64,000 bases of DNA from contig WFXC01000033.1 of NCBI GenBank assembly GCA_015490805.1, forward strand, positions 5,347 to 69,346, given 5' to 3'. Below the pieces are notes generated by a model. It saw only the letters and a program-made list of their open reading frames with translations. It did no database searches and was not told the DNA's origin. Below, piece by piece: positions 38,764 to 47,941 of the stretch. Within the stretch, counting starts at the first letter, position 1. Each line of letters starts with the position of its first letter. A program made the position numbers and the translations under genes. This DNA is from Candidatus Kapaibacterium sp. GTDB taxonomy: Bacteria; Bacteroidota; Ignavibacteria; Kapaibacteriales; WFXC01.

Positions 38764-40218
38764 ATGTACATTCTAATAGCCGACGACGAAATCGAGTTCT
38801 GTGACACCATTGCGACCCTTTTGCGATCGGAAGGCTGGGAGACAACGATTGCTACCTCTCCTCCCGAAGTCTTACAAACCATCACAACAGAGGGAGACCA
38901 CATTCACGCTGTCTTACTGGACTTAGATTTTCGCCATCCTGAAATGAACGGGTTGGACATTCTGCAAAAGATTCGGAGATCCTATCCGACACTGCCGGTG
39001 CTCATTCTGACTGGTGCTGGGACTATCGACACTGCCGTCCAGGCAACGCGCCTGGGAGCAATGGCATTTCTTCAGAAAAGCGAGCTTACTCCGGAAAAGA
39101 TCCGCAAGGAGCTGTACGAGATCGCAGAAAAAGTACGGCAGGAAAATGCGGAGATCCTCCGGCAATTAGCAGCATTCGGTGTTGTGGGGCGCTCTCAGGC
39201 AATGCAAGATGTTGCTCGGATTATCTACCTGTTCGCTCAAACGGATCTTAACATTTTGATCACCGGAGAAACGGGAACCGGTAAGGGACTGATTGCCAGA
39301 GCCATTCACGAACTCAGCCCTCGCCGTAAACATCCATTTGTACATATTGATCTGCCGAATATTCCGCGAGACCTTTTTCAGAGCGAGTTGTTTGGACACA
39401 AAAAGGGTGCTTTCACTGGGGCAGATCGGGACAAGCAGGGGCTGTTCCACAAAGCAGACAAGGGGACTATTTTTCTGGACGAAATTGGAGACTTAGATCC
39501 CGAACGACAAGCAGGGTTGTTAATTCCCATCGAGCAGAAGCGAATTCACCGTCTGGGAGACACAAACTGGATCGACATAGATGTCCGGTTCATCGCAGCA
39601 ACCGACAAAGATCTGGAAGCAGCGATCCAGCGAGGAGAATTTCGCAGTCAGCTTTATTATCGTTTGAATGAAGCCCGGATTCACCTGCCACCGCTTCGGG
39701 AACGTCCGGAGGATATTCGCCCGATCGTAGAGTACTATGTGCAACAGTTCAACCGACAGAGAAACCAGGAGAAATTTTTTGAACCTGCGGCACTGGAACT
39801 TCTGGAGCAGCAACCGTGGCAGGGCAATGTTCGGGAGCTGGTTCAATTCGTCAAGCGCTGTTATGAAATCTTCGAAGGACCTGCTATTCGCCTCTCAGAT
39901 GTTGCCTTGCTACTGCGCCAGCAGAGCTTACTGAGTAGTTCATCTCCCCCTACTCCGCAACCGTCGCCACAGCCGGGAACCTCCACTCCCACACCTTCTC
40001 CGCAAGTGCCATCCGAACCAGAGCCGGACAGCACGTTATCAGACACGGTACAATCGGTGATAAAGGAAAAGCTGGAAAAGTTACTGGAAAAGCACCGTGG
40101 GAACATCACAAAAACGGCGCGCGCTTTAGGGGTCAGTCGGGAAACTGTCTACCAGTATCTTCGCAAATACAACATTGATCCCAACCGATATCGAAAAGGC
40201 AATAACAAACACTCATAA
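38764..40218 (+). CDS. Sigma-54-dependent response regulator (NtrC family)
   Basis: REC (ADDE...LLD), GETGTGK, SELFGHKKGAFTGA, FLDEIG, WQGNVREL, Fis-type HTH. Confidence 0.93.
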   Translation: MYILIADDEIEFCDTIATLLRSEGWETTIATSPPEVLQTITTEGDHIHAVLLDLDFRHPEMNGLDILQKIRRSYPTLPVLILTGAGTIDTAVQATRLGAMAFLQKSELTPEKIRKELYEIAEKVRQENAEILRQLAAFGVVGRSQAMQDVARIIYLFAQTDLNILITGETGTGKGLIARAIHELSPRRKHPFVHIDLPNIPRDLFQSELFGHKKGAFTGADRDKQGLFHKADKGTIFLDEIGDLDPERQAGLLIPIEQKRIHRLGDTNWIDIDVRFIAATDKDLEAAIQRGEFRSQLYYRLNEARIHLPPLRERPEDIRPIVEYYVQQFNRQRNQEKFFEPAALELLEQQPWQGNVRELVQFVKRCYEIFEGPAIRLSDVALLLRQQSLLSSSSPPTPQPSPQPGTSTPTPSPQVPSEPEPDSTLSDTVQSVIKEKLEKLLEKHRGNITKTARALGVSRETVYQYLRKYNIDPNRYRKGNNKHS

Positions 40219-40242
40219 AGCTATAGCAGCAGCAAAGCAAAT

Positions 40243-41562
40243 ATGCGTATTTTAAGCCGCTATGTCCTCCGGCTCCTATTGCCGCCGTTCCTTCTGGGCG
40301 CTGCGACGGTTGTCTTTTTGTTCCTGTTGCAGTTCCTAATGAAATACATCGATCAGCTGGTTGGAAAAGGACTCACTACCTGGATCATTGCACAGCTCAT
40401 CGCACTGAACTTAGCCTGGATGATCGTTTTGGCTGTTCCGATGGGCGTCTTAGTAGCAACATTGATGGTCTATGGCAATCTGGGCGCTACGCACGAACTG
40501 ACCGCCGTCAAAGCCGCCGGTGGCAGCCCCTGGCACTTGCTCCGCGCTCCCTTCATCATTTCGATCTTTCTGGCTTTAGCGCTCTTTTGGTTCAATGACC
40601 GAGTCCTACCAGATGCAAATCACCGCGCCAAAGTTCTGCTGTATGACATCCAGCGAAAAAAGCCAACATTTGCCCTCACCCCCGGTCAGTTCTACCAGGG
40701 CATTGAAGGCTACAGTATTTTAGCCCGCAGCATCGATTCTGTCACCAACTGGCTCTACGGAGTAACGATTTATGAAAATCGGTTTCCGGGGCAATCCGCA
40801 GTGCTTTCTGCCGACAGTGCCCTGGCACAATTTACCGGAGATTTTCGATACATTGTCTTGCAGCTTTACAATGGTGAAATCCATCAATATCACCGTTCTG
40901 CGTCTCACCGAATCCGCAAAATTGTTTTTGCCCAGCACAAAGTCTACCTCGATGCTTCGGGATTTCTCTTTTCACAGACCGACGAAGAGCGATTTGTCCG
41001 GGGCGACCGCGAACTCAGCATTGCGGCGATGGAGCAGATCGTACAAGCAGCAATGGAAGAACACCGCAAAGCGATGCAAAAGTTTCTGACAGCCATCGAT
41101 CAGCATCTGGACTACCTGTTGCTGGGAATACCGCCGGCTGATACGCTGGATTCCGGTGTTCGCAAGCCAGTAGTGCAGCAAATCGATCGAGATCTCAACC
41201 AGCTCCAGTTACAAATTCTGAGTCCTGCAAGCCAGGCTCACGCTGCAGTTCTCCGAGCAAACCGCTATCGAGTCGAAATCCAGAAAAAGTATGCCATTCC
41301 TGCCGCCTGCATTGTCTTTGCCCTTATTGGTGGCTCCTTAGGAATGCTGACCCGCCGTGGCAATTTCGGTATCAGCGCTGCTATTAGTCTGGGATTCTAC
41401 ATCCTCTATTGGGCATTGCTCATTGGCGGAGAAAAATTAGCGGATCGGGGGATCATTCCCCCGTGGATTGGAATGTGGAGTGCGAATATACTGATCGGCA
41501 TTGGCGGTATTGCCACGCTCTGGCGGGTGATGAATGAACACTGGAAATTTCGCTCAGGATAG
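40243..41562 (+). CDS. LptF/LptG family LPS export permease
   Basis: ILSRY, DQLVGKG, LAVPM.VL..TLM.YG.L....ELTA.KAAG, EIQKKYAIP.AC. Confidence 0.9.
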   Translation: MRILSRYVLRLLLPPFLLGAATVVFLFLLQFLMKYIDQLVGKGLTTWIIAQLIALNLAWMIVLAVPMGVLVATLMVYGNLGATHELTAVKAAGGSPWHLLRAPFIISIFLALALFWFNDRVLPDANHRAKVLLYDIQRKKPTFALTPGQFYQGIEGYSILARSIDSVTNWLYGVTIYENRFPGQSAVLSADSALAQFTGDFRYIVLQLYNGEIHQYHRSASHRIRKIVFAQHKVYLDASGFLFSQTDEERFVRGDRELSIAAMEQIVQAAMEEHRKAMQKFLTAIDQHLDYLLLGIPPADTLDSGVRKPVVQQIDRDLNQLQLQILSPASQAHAAVLRANRYRVEIQKKYAIPAACIVFALIGGSLGMLTRRGNFGISAAISLGFYILYWALLIGGEKLADRGIIPPWIGMWSANILIGIGGIATLWRVMNEHWKFRSG

Positions 41563-41584
41563 AGATTTTTTGTCCAGCACTTCT

Positions 41585-41592
41585 TAAATTTG
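41585..41592 (+). promoter_or_regulatory. Bacteroidota-type -7 element
   Basis: TAAATTTG ~43 nt before ATG 41635. Confidence 0.55.
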
Positions 41593-41634
41593 CAATCAGC
41601 ATAGAGGTTTTGTCGAACAAAAATTGAGGCTCCT

Positions 41635-43488
41635 ATGCGCTCGATTTCCATCTTTTTCCTGATCTTTGGATTTCTTAGTATCGCCCACTCTCAGCAATGG
41701 TACGAACCGGTTGTTCCTGGAGAAACACAACCATCTGTAGCCCTTGCTCCTGCACCTATATCGCCGTTACAGCTACAATACGCTATTTTCGATTCCTTAG
41801 TCAACGCCTATTCCTATTTTAGTTGGCGGCAGCAGCCCCTATGGTACGATCCTGATGCCGATTTTCTGGTGACCATCAAACGTGGTGACCTCAACGGCAA
41901 CGAAATCTATTATCGCTACTCCGGCGACCGGGGAGAAAGCTGGGTACCGCCGATAGGACCAATCCAACTATCCAGCAGCGACATTCCTCGATACCCCAGT
42001 ATTGCCGCAACGATTTTGTCAGACGGAGCTATCAGCGACACCATTTTTGTTTACTTCTTCCCCATTGTGCTGAACAATTCTTGGGGATCTATTCAATCTG
42101 GAATGGCAGTTGGATCTGTGTTCTCAACTCAGCAAGTGAATGGAATCACCGCTGACAATGGGCAAACTTACCCCATCGGTACCTCATCGAAATTACGCAT
42201 CCTCGGTGATGGTGAAATGGCTTTGATTGTCGTTCAACTTTTCCCACCTCAGGGAGCTCCAACCAGTGAAAACAATGCTCTAGGCGCAATTCTATTTGAC
42301 ATCTTCAACGAAGAAGTTACCGCTTTTATCCCACCACAATGGGCGTCAACAGTCTTTCTGGATCCCGGCAACCCCAACTCTCGAACTTCCACCATTGTCA
42401 ACGTTGACACAGACCCTGATGGCAATCTGTATTTCGGCGCTTTTGGTGTCTTTGCCAACGCTTCGGTTCTCAGGGCAGTGCCTGCGGTCTCCAAATCCAC
42501 TGACGGTGGAGAAACCTGGAGCGACTTCGATACGTTTCCCTGGTCCGTGCTGGAAGAGTATCTACTGGAAGAGGGCGCTGAGCCCGATAGCTCGTTTATT
42601 TCTTTCGGACCAAAAGACTTTACTGTCACTGGCACAGACCAGTACACCTTCATTGTCCAGTGCTTTGAAGTGAATGCAAACAAGCGACAAAGTGGTCAGC
42701 CAGAACTCCGGCGCCTGCTGGAAATCAGCAAGGAGAATGGCGAATGGAAAGTGCGAACGGTAGCAGATATTTCTGGCTTCGTTATCGCATACGAGGACAC
42801 CGATTTCAATCAAACCGGTAGTGAGGTCCAGGTCGCCCGAACCCCGGATGGATCAACGATTATGGCAAAATGGCTCGACTTTGTCGGTTACATTTCTCAG
42901 GATGACTTCGACGGAGATGGAAATGCGCCGGACACTGTGTTTACAACCGATGTTTTTGTCGCCTTCCGATCGGCAAATGCTACGACCTGGTCAGATCCGA
43001 TCAATGTCACTCAGTCTTTGCTGCTGGATCGCATTACCCATATTGCGCCATTGTTACCGCCGGATCTCCAGAACATTCCTCTGCTCAACGTTATCTCCGT
43101 ACCGGGACCAAACGAAACAACGCCGGAAGCGCAAGCCATTACGGCGCAGCGGCAATTACTCCGCAAGCAATGGGTCACCATCACCCATTTTGCTCTGAAT
43201 CCGACATCCGTTCCTGCAACCACGCCAGCACCATCACAACTGGATCTTCACGCTACAATCCGAGCTGACCAGCGGCTGTGGATTTCCGTCCGGATGCCGC
43301 AGCCAGCCTCTGTGACGCTTGATCTCTACAGCCTGACCGGACAGCATATTGCCCGCGTCTTTGATGGAAACGTCGCCGGCTATCGTGAACTGATGTACAA
43401 CGTGCAATCGCTACCGCCAGGCGCCTATCTCCTGCGACTGCAAACGAATGGACAAACAGAAGCAGCTAAAGTCGTTGTGAAGTACTGA
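41635..43488 (+). CDS. Secreted acidic protein with Asp boxes and T9SS-type C-terminal domain
   Basis: Signal peptide; SGDRGESW, STDGGETW; C-terminal LYSLTGQ...LPPGAYLLRL...KVVV. Confidence 0.8.
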   Translation: MRSISIFFLIFGFLSIAHSQQWYEPVVPGETQPSVALAPAPISPLQLQYAIFDSLVNAYSYFSWRQQPLWYDPDADFLVTIKRGDLNGNEIYYRYSGDRGESWVPPIGPIQLSSSDIPRYPSIAATILSDGAISDTIFVYFFPIVLNNSWGSIQSGMAVGSVFSTQQVNGITADNGQTYPIGTSSKLRILGDGEMALIVVQLFPPQGAPTSENNALGAILFDIFNEEVTAFIPPQWASTVFLDPGNPNSRTSTIVNVDTDPDGNLYFGAFGVFANASVLRAVPAVSKSTDGGETWSDFDTFPWSVLEEYLLEEGAEPDSSFISFGPKDFTVTGTDQYTFIVQCFEVNANKRQSGQPELRRLLEISKENGEWKVRTVADISGFVIAYEDTDFNQTGSEVQVARTPDGSTIMAKWLDFVGYISQDDFDGDGNAPDTVFTTDVFVAFRSANATTWSDPINVTQSLLLDRITHIAPLLPPDLQNIPLLNVISVPGPNETTPEAQAITAQRQLLRKQWVTITHFALNPTSVPATTPAPSQLDLHATIRADQRLWISVRMPQPASVTLDLYSLTGQHIARVFDGNVAGYRELMYNVQSLPPGAYLLRLQTNGQTEAAKVVVKY

Positions 43489-43650
43489 CAAATCAAAAGC
43501 AGCGAACACCGCTTTTCTTTGTGCAGGGGCATCTTAGCCTCGCACTTATTGGTAAAGCTCTCACCCGGACATTGCTCAGTACGGTCGTTTCTACTGAGGA
43601 TGTCCGGGTTTTTTCGATACTCGCCTTCAGGAGAAGTGTCTTCCGTCAGG

Positions 43651-44211
43651 CTACTGCTGTCGCTTTTTGTGGCGATCCGGTAGAATCACTTCTTCAAACC
43701 AGCGTCGAGCATATACTGCAAATGAAAAGATCAGCAGTGCAGAACTTAAGGAGAGAAAAGCATTAACGATCACTGGTTTGGATTGCAGCACCATTAGCAC
43801 CAGGGTTGCAGCAACCGAGGTAACGGCTGCTCTGCCAACTGGCAATGACTGCAACACCACTCCTTTGCGATACTTTGCATAGAGTCCACCCAGAAGAATC
43901 AATCCATCCCGGATCACAATAATTCCCAGATACCAGCCGGGCACAACGCCCTGAAAATAGAGCGTTAGCACTACAGCGGCAACAAAAATTTTGTCCACCA
44001 GCGGATCCAGAATTTTCCCCCATTCACTCTGCTGATGGAATTTCCGGGCAATCCAGCCATCCAGAAGATCCGAGACATAGGCAGCGACGCCCAGCGCAAC
44101 CGCTACCTCCGGATAATGATTGAGCAACGCCCAGAGCGTCGGGAACAACAGCACGAATCGCACGAGCGTCAACATATTGGGTATGGTCAGCAGCTTTTCT
44201 GCTTTTGCCAT
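43651..44211 (-). CDS. CDP-alcohol phosphatidyltransferase (PgsA-like)
   Basis: TIPNMLT..R, SDLLDGWIAR......GKILDPLVDK. Confidence 0.92.
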   Translation of the reverse strand: MAKAEKLLTIPNMLTLVRFVLLFPTLWALLNHYPEVAVALGVAAYVSDLLDGWIARKFHQQSEWGKILDPLVDKIFVAAVVLTLYFQGVVPGWYLGIIVIRDGLILLGGLYAKYRKGVVLQSLPVGRAAVTSVAATLVLMVLQSKPVIVNAFLSLSSALLIFSFAVYARRWFEEVILPDRHKKRQQ

Positions 44212-44218
44212 CCTGCTT

Positions 44219-45625
44219 TCATCCTTTCCACTGACTCCACAACCATTGATACCCCAGCGTACACACTGCGGCGAACAAACCAACGAGCATCGGTTCAATG
44301 TCGTGCACAATAGGGACATTCTCCCCCATACTCTTCTGCAATCCGATCCACACCGATGCGGCTACCGATCCCATCAGCATCACGCGTTTTGCAACATCCG
44401 GCGAGATTGAGCGCTCTGGCACATAGCTCAGTAAGAGGGGCAACAGCAATCCCGATACCGCAATGGAAGCGCTGTAGTAGATGAGCTGTACAATAGAGGG
44501 CAAGAGTAAGGCAAAGGCGATACAAAAAGCAGCAATAACACCTAAAGCAGCGCGGGTCAGCGCCACTTCCGAGATCTGCCACCGAAGTTTCCGGAGTAAT
44601 GCCGGTAGAATATCATAGCTCAGGGTCATCGCACTAATAAAGCCATAGCTGTCCAGTGTGGACATAATCGTTGCCAGCAATGCCACGATAAAGAAACCTT
44701 TCAGGGCGACTGGCAACACAGTATCTGCCAGGACAGGATAACTCAGAAGCGGATCCGAAAGGTTCGGGAAATACGCGCGGGCATACAATCCGCAGGACAA
44801 CGTCATCAGATCGAACAGGAACCAGAACACCACGGCAATGCGAATCCCTTTTCTGGCAATCTCTGGGCGGCGCACCGCTGCACATCGTTGATGGAATCCG
44901 GGATCAACGAAGGTTTGCAAAGCGATAATGTACCACACCAGCAGAAACTGCCACGAGTACGGACCCGGCAAATGCGTATGGGTTTCCGGCAATAACTGCC
45001 ACATTGCGGCTGGCGATCCAAAGTGATCGAAGGTAAAAATAGTGAGCAGAACGAACCCTGCATACATCAGCAGGAACTGCACGACATCCGTCCACACGCC
45101 GGCGCGAAATCCCCCGGTTACCAGATACCCCATAGAAAAAAGCGTTCCGATGACAATTGCCACCCACCGTGGTAAATCGGCAAACACAGAGATCAGGAGC
45201 CCAAAGGAAAGCGCATACGAAACAGGTAATGTTAAAACAACGATGAGTACCGCCCCAATCAACGCAGCGGTGTTCCCATAGTGGCGTCGCAACTGCTCCG
45301 GAATCGTTCGTGCTGGCTGCTGCCGGATCGGCACTGCCATCACCGAAGCATACAGCAGCGCAACGATGTAATAGGGAAGAGCAAAAGCGAACCATTCGGC
45401 AATGCCAGCATTATATACAAACTCTCCCACCCCCAAGATCGCCCCATACCACGTTGCAACTAAGGTAGCCACAAAAAGCGGGAGAGTCAAAGAGCGTCCA
45501 GCCAGCAAAAAATCCTCTACTTCATCAGCAGCCTTTCTCCGACGCCGGGCTGTCAGGATTGCGATGAATCCCAGAGCTGCAAAATAGAGAAAGATCCAGC
45601 CATAATCAACCCATTGCAGCCTCAT
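44219..45625 (-). CDS. Sodium:solute symporter family protein
   Basis: FLLAGRSL, ATWYG, GG......TD.VQ, QR..A, ATIMST.DS. Confidence 0.9.
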   Translation of the reverse strand: MRLQWVDYGWIFLYFAALGFIAILTARRRRKAADEVEDFLLAGRSLTLPLFVATLVATWYGAILGVGEFVYNAGIAEWFAFALPYYIVALLYASVMAVPIRQQPARTIPEQLRRHYGNTAALIGAVLIVVLTLPVSYALSFGLLISVFADLPRWVAIVIGTLFSMGYLVTGGFRAGVWTDVVQFLLMYAGFVLLTIFTFDHFGSPAAMWQLLPETHTHLPGPYSWQFLLVWYIIALQTFVDPGFHQRCAAVRRPEIARKGIRIAVVFWFLFDLMTLSCGLYARAYFPNLSDPLLSYPVLADTVLPVALKGFFIVALLATIMSTLDSYGFISAMTLSYDILPALLRKLRWQISEVALTRAALGVIAAFCIAFALLLPSIVQLIYYSASIAVSGLLLPLLLSYVPERSISPDVAKRVMLMGSVAASVWIGLQKSMGENVPIVHDIEPMLVGLFAAVCTLGYQWLWSQWKG

Positions 45626-45631
45626 CGGCAG

Positions 45632-46498
45632 CTATGGATTCGGCACCTGAACCAGAAGATTATCAATGAGGCGAGCGGAGGGCAAACGGGCAGCTACTAA
45701 TAGGACTACGCGTGCACCCGGCGAGAATGCTTCCGGTTGCTCCAGCGTCTCCGCCAATGCCGCCGCTGCATAGTCAATGCGCAGCTCCGGAACGGCTGAG
45801 AGTACCTCCTGCATCCGTGCTTCAATGACTGACCGTCGTCGTTCACCCTGCAGTATCACTGACTGTCCAGCTTGCAATGCCCGGTACAATGACAATGCTT
45901 TCTGCCGCTCCTCTGCGGACAGGTAGACATTGCGAGAGCTGAGCGCCAATCCATCGGGCTCTCGCACGGTGGGCACCATTACCACTTCGATGGGAAAATT
46001 CAAGTCGCGTACTAACTGCCGAATCACCAGAAGCTGTTGATAATCTTTTTGCCCAAAATACGCTCGATCGGGCTGAACGATGTTGAACAATTTACTCACG
46101 ACCGTAACAACGCCATCGAAATGCGTGGGTCGAAAAGCACCCTCAAACTTTTCGGTAATTCCACGAATGGACACCGTCGTTGCAAATCCCTCTGGATACA
46201 TTTCTTCGACCGAAGGTGCAAACAGCACGTGGCTGCCTGCCTGCTCAGCTACCTGCAGATCCCGTTGCAGATCACGCGGATACCGTTCAAAATCCTCGGT
46301 TGGCGCAAACTGCGTTGGATTCACAAAATCCGAGGTCACAACGTATTCACATTCCTGCGCCGCCAGCCGAATCAAAGCGGCGTGCCCTTCGTGCAAATAG
46401 CCCATCGTCGGCACGAAGCCTATTCGCTTTCCCGCCGTTCGCTGCGCCTGCACCTGCTGCCGCAACTCCGCAATTGTCCGGGCAAGAACGATTGCCAT
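45632..46498 (-). CDS. panC: Pantoate--beta-alanine ligase
   Basis: GFVPTMGYLHEGH, FVNPTQF, RPTHFDGV, FGQKDYQQ, LALSSRN, RLIDN. Confidence 0.97.
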   Translation of the reverse strand: MAIVLARTIAELRQQVQAQRTAGKRIGFVPTMGYLHEGHAALIRLAAQECEYVVTSDFVNPTQFAPTEDFERYPRDLQRDLQVAEQAGSHVLFAPSVEEMYPEGFATTVSIRGITEKFEGAFRPTHFDGVVTVVSKLFNIVQPDRAYFGQKDYQQLLVIRQLVRDLNFPIEVVMVPTVREPDGLALSSRNVYLSAEERQKALSLYRALQAGQSVILQGERRRSVIEARMQEVLSAVPELRIDYAAAALAETLEQPEAFSPGARVVLLVAARLPSARLIDNLLVQVPNP

Positions 46499-46514
46499 CC
46501 ACTCCGACGCTCAA

Positions 46515-47681
46515 TTAACAATGAAAAGCCTGAATACCGGTGATGTCTTCACCCAGAATCAGCGTATGAATATCGTGTGTTCCCTCATACGTTTTGACTG
46601 TTTCCAGATTCGCCATATGCCGCATCACCGGATACTCGTTGATAATGCCGTTTGCGCCAAGGATATCGCGAGCCAGCCGGGCACATTCCAGCGCCACTGC
46701 GACATTGTTGCGCTTGGCAAAGGAAACCTGTTGATACCGGCTCTTGCCGCTATCCTTAAGTTGCGCCAGGCGGTAATTAACCAACTGCGCTTTAGTAATT
46801 TCGGTGAGCATCCACACCAGTTTGTTTTGCACCAACTGAAACGACGCGATCGGGCGATCAAATTGAATGCGCGTTTTCGCATACTCCAATGCCACCTCAT
46901 AACATTCCATCGCAGCCCCCACAGCACCCCAGGCAATCCCATAGCGCGCCTGTGTCAGACAGGACAGCGGTCCTCGCAATCCTTTGACCTGCAGAATGCT
47001 ATCCTCTGGCACAAAACAATCCTGAAAAATCAACTCCGAGGTTACCGACGCCCGCAGCGAATGCTTTCCCTTCATTTCCTGTGTCGTAAACCCCGGCGTT
47101 CCTTTCTCAACCAGAAATCCGTGCACCACCCCATCGAGCTTCGCCCAGACGACAGCAACATCGGCGATCGATCCGTTGGTAATCCACATTTTTGCTCCGT
47201 TCAACACGTATCCCCCATCAACCTTAGTCGCTGTTGTTTTCATCCCGCCGGGATTGGAACCGTAGTCCGGTTCTGTCAAGCCGAAACACCCAATGGCTTT
47301 GCCTGTTGCCAGCTTTGGAATCCACTTCTGCTTTTGTTCTTCAGTCCCGTAGGTCAAAATGGGATAAATCACCAGAGAATTTTGCACGGAGCAAAAGGAG
47401 CGTACGCCGGAATCTCCGCGTTCCAATTCCTGCATCGCAATGCCATACAACAAATAACTGGCACCACTTCCTCCATACTCCGGCGGCGCCGTGATTCCCA
47501 GCAATCCCAGGTCTGCCAGTTTCGGCACCAGCTCCATCGGGAACGTTCCTGCCATATAGTGATCTTCGATGATTGGCTTGACCTCCTGCTCCACAAAATC
47601 CCGCACCGTCTGGCGCAACAATAATGCGTCTTCGCTCAGCAGTTCGTCGATTTGAAAATAGTCAACACCGTGAAAAGCCAT
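46515..47681 (-). CDS. Acyl-CoA dehydrogenase (glutaryl-CoA dehydrogenase-like)
   Basis: ELERGDSGVRS..SVQ.SL, GCFGLTEPD.GS, NGAKMWITNG, ARYGIAWG, TYEGT.DIH.LI.G. Confidence 0.93.
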   Translation of the reverse strand: MAFHGVDYFQIDELLSEDALLLRQTVRDFVEQEVKPIIEDHYMAGTFPMELVPKLADLGLLGITAPPEYGGSGASYLLYGIAMQELERGDSGVRSFCSVQNSLVIYPILTYGTEEQKQKWIPKLATGKAIGCFGLTEPDYGSNPGGMKTTATKVDGGYVLNGAKMWITNGSIADVAVVWAKLDGVVHGFLVEKGTPGFTTQEMKGKHSLRASVTSELIFQDCFVPEDSILQVKGLRGPLSCLTQARYGIAWGAVGAAMECYEVALEYAKTRIQFDRPIASFQLVQNKLVWMLTEITKAQLVNYRLAQLKDSGKSRYQQVSFAKRNNVAVALECARLARDILGANGIINEYPVMRHMANLETVKTYEGTHDIHTLILGEDITGIQAFHC

Positions 47682-47724
47682 TTGATAATCCCTTTATTCC
47701 TTTCTGAACCCTTTGTGCAAACTG

Positions 47725-47732
47725 CAAATTTA
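47725..47732 (-). promoter_or_regulatory. Bacteroidota-type -7 element
   Basis: TAAATTTG on the minus strand, ~44 nt upstream of the acyl-CoA dehydrogenase start. Confidence 0.55.
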
Positions 47733-47941
47733 GGCAATTTCTCCGGGACAATGACCGGGCTGCGTCTCTTAGGTTCAACCGCAGTGGCTTGATTTGCGCT
47801 TCAGCAGCGTTTAGTCCGGCTATTGTCACCAGCTTCGCATCGGGCATAGGACTGCTTTCTCTCTGGAACGAGGACTACGATAAAATGTCGGGACGGCTGT
47901 GCTGTATCGGGCCACAGGAATGCTCCCTCCAGCATTCCCTT

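Noticed and set aside
46521-47624. 367-aa plus-strand ORF
   Set aside because: Lies entirely antisense to the well-supported acyl-CoA dehydrogenase; no motifs; typical shadow ORF.
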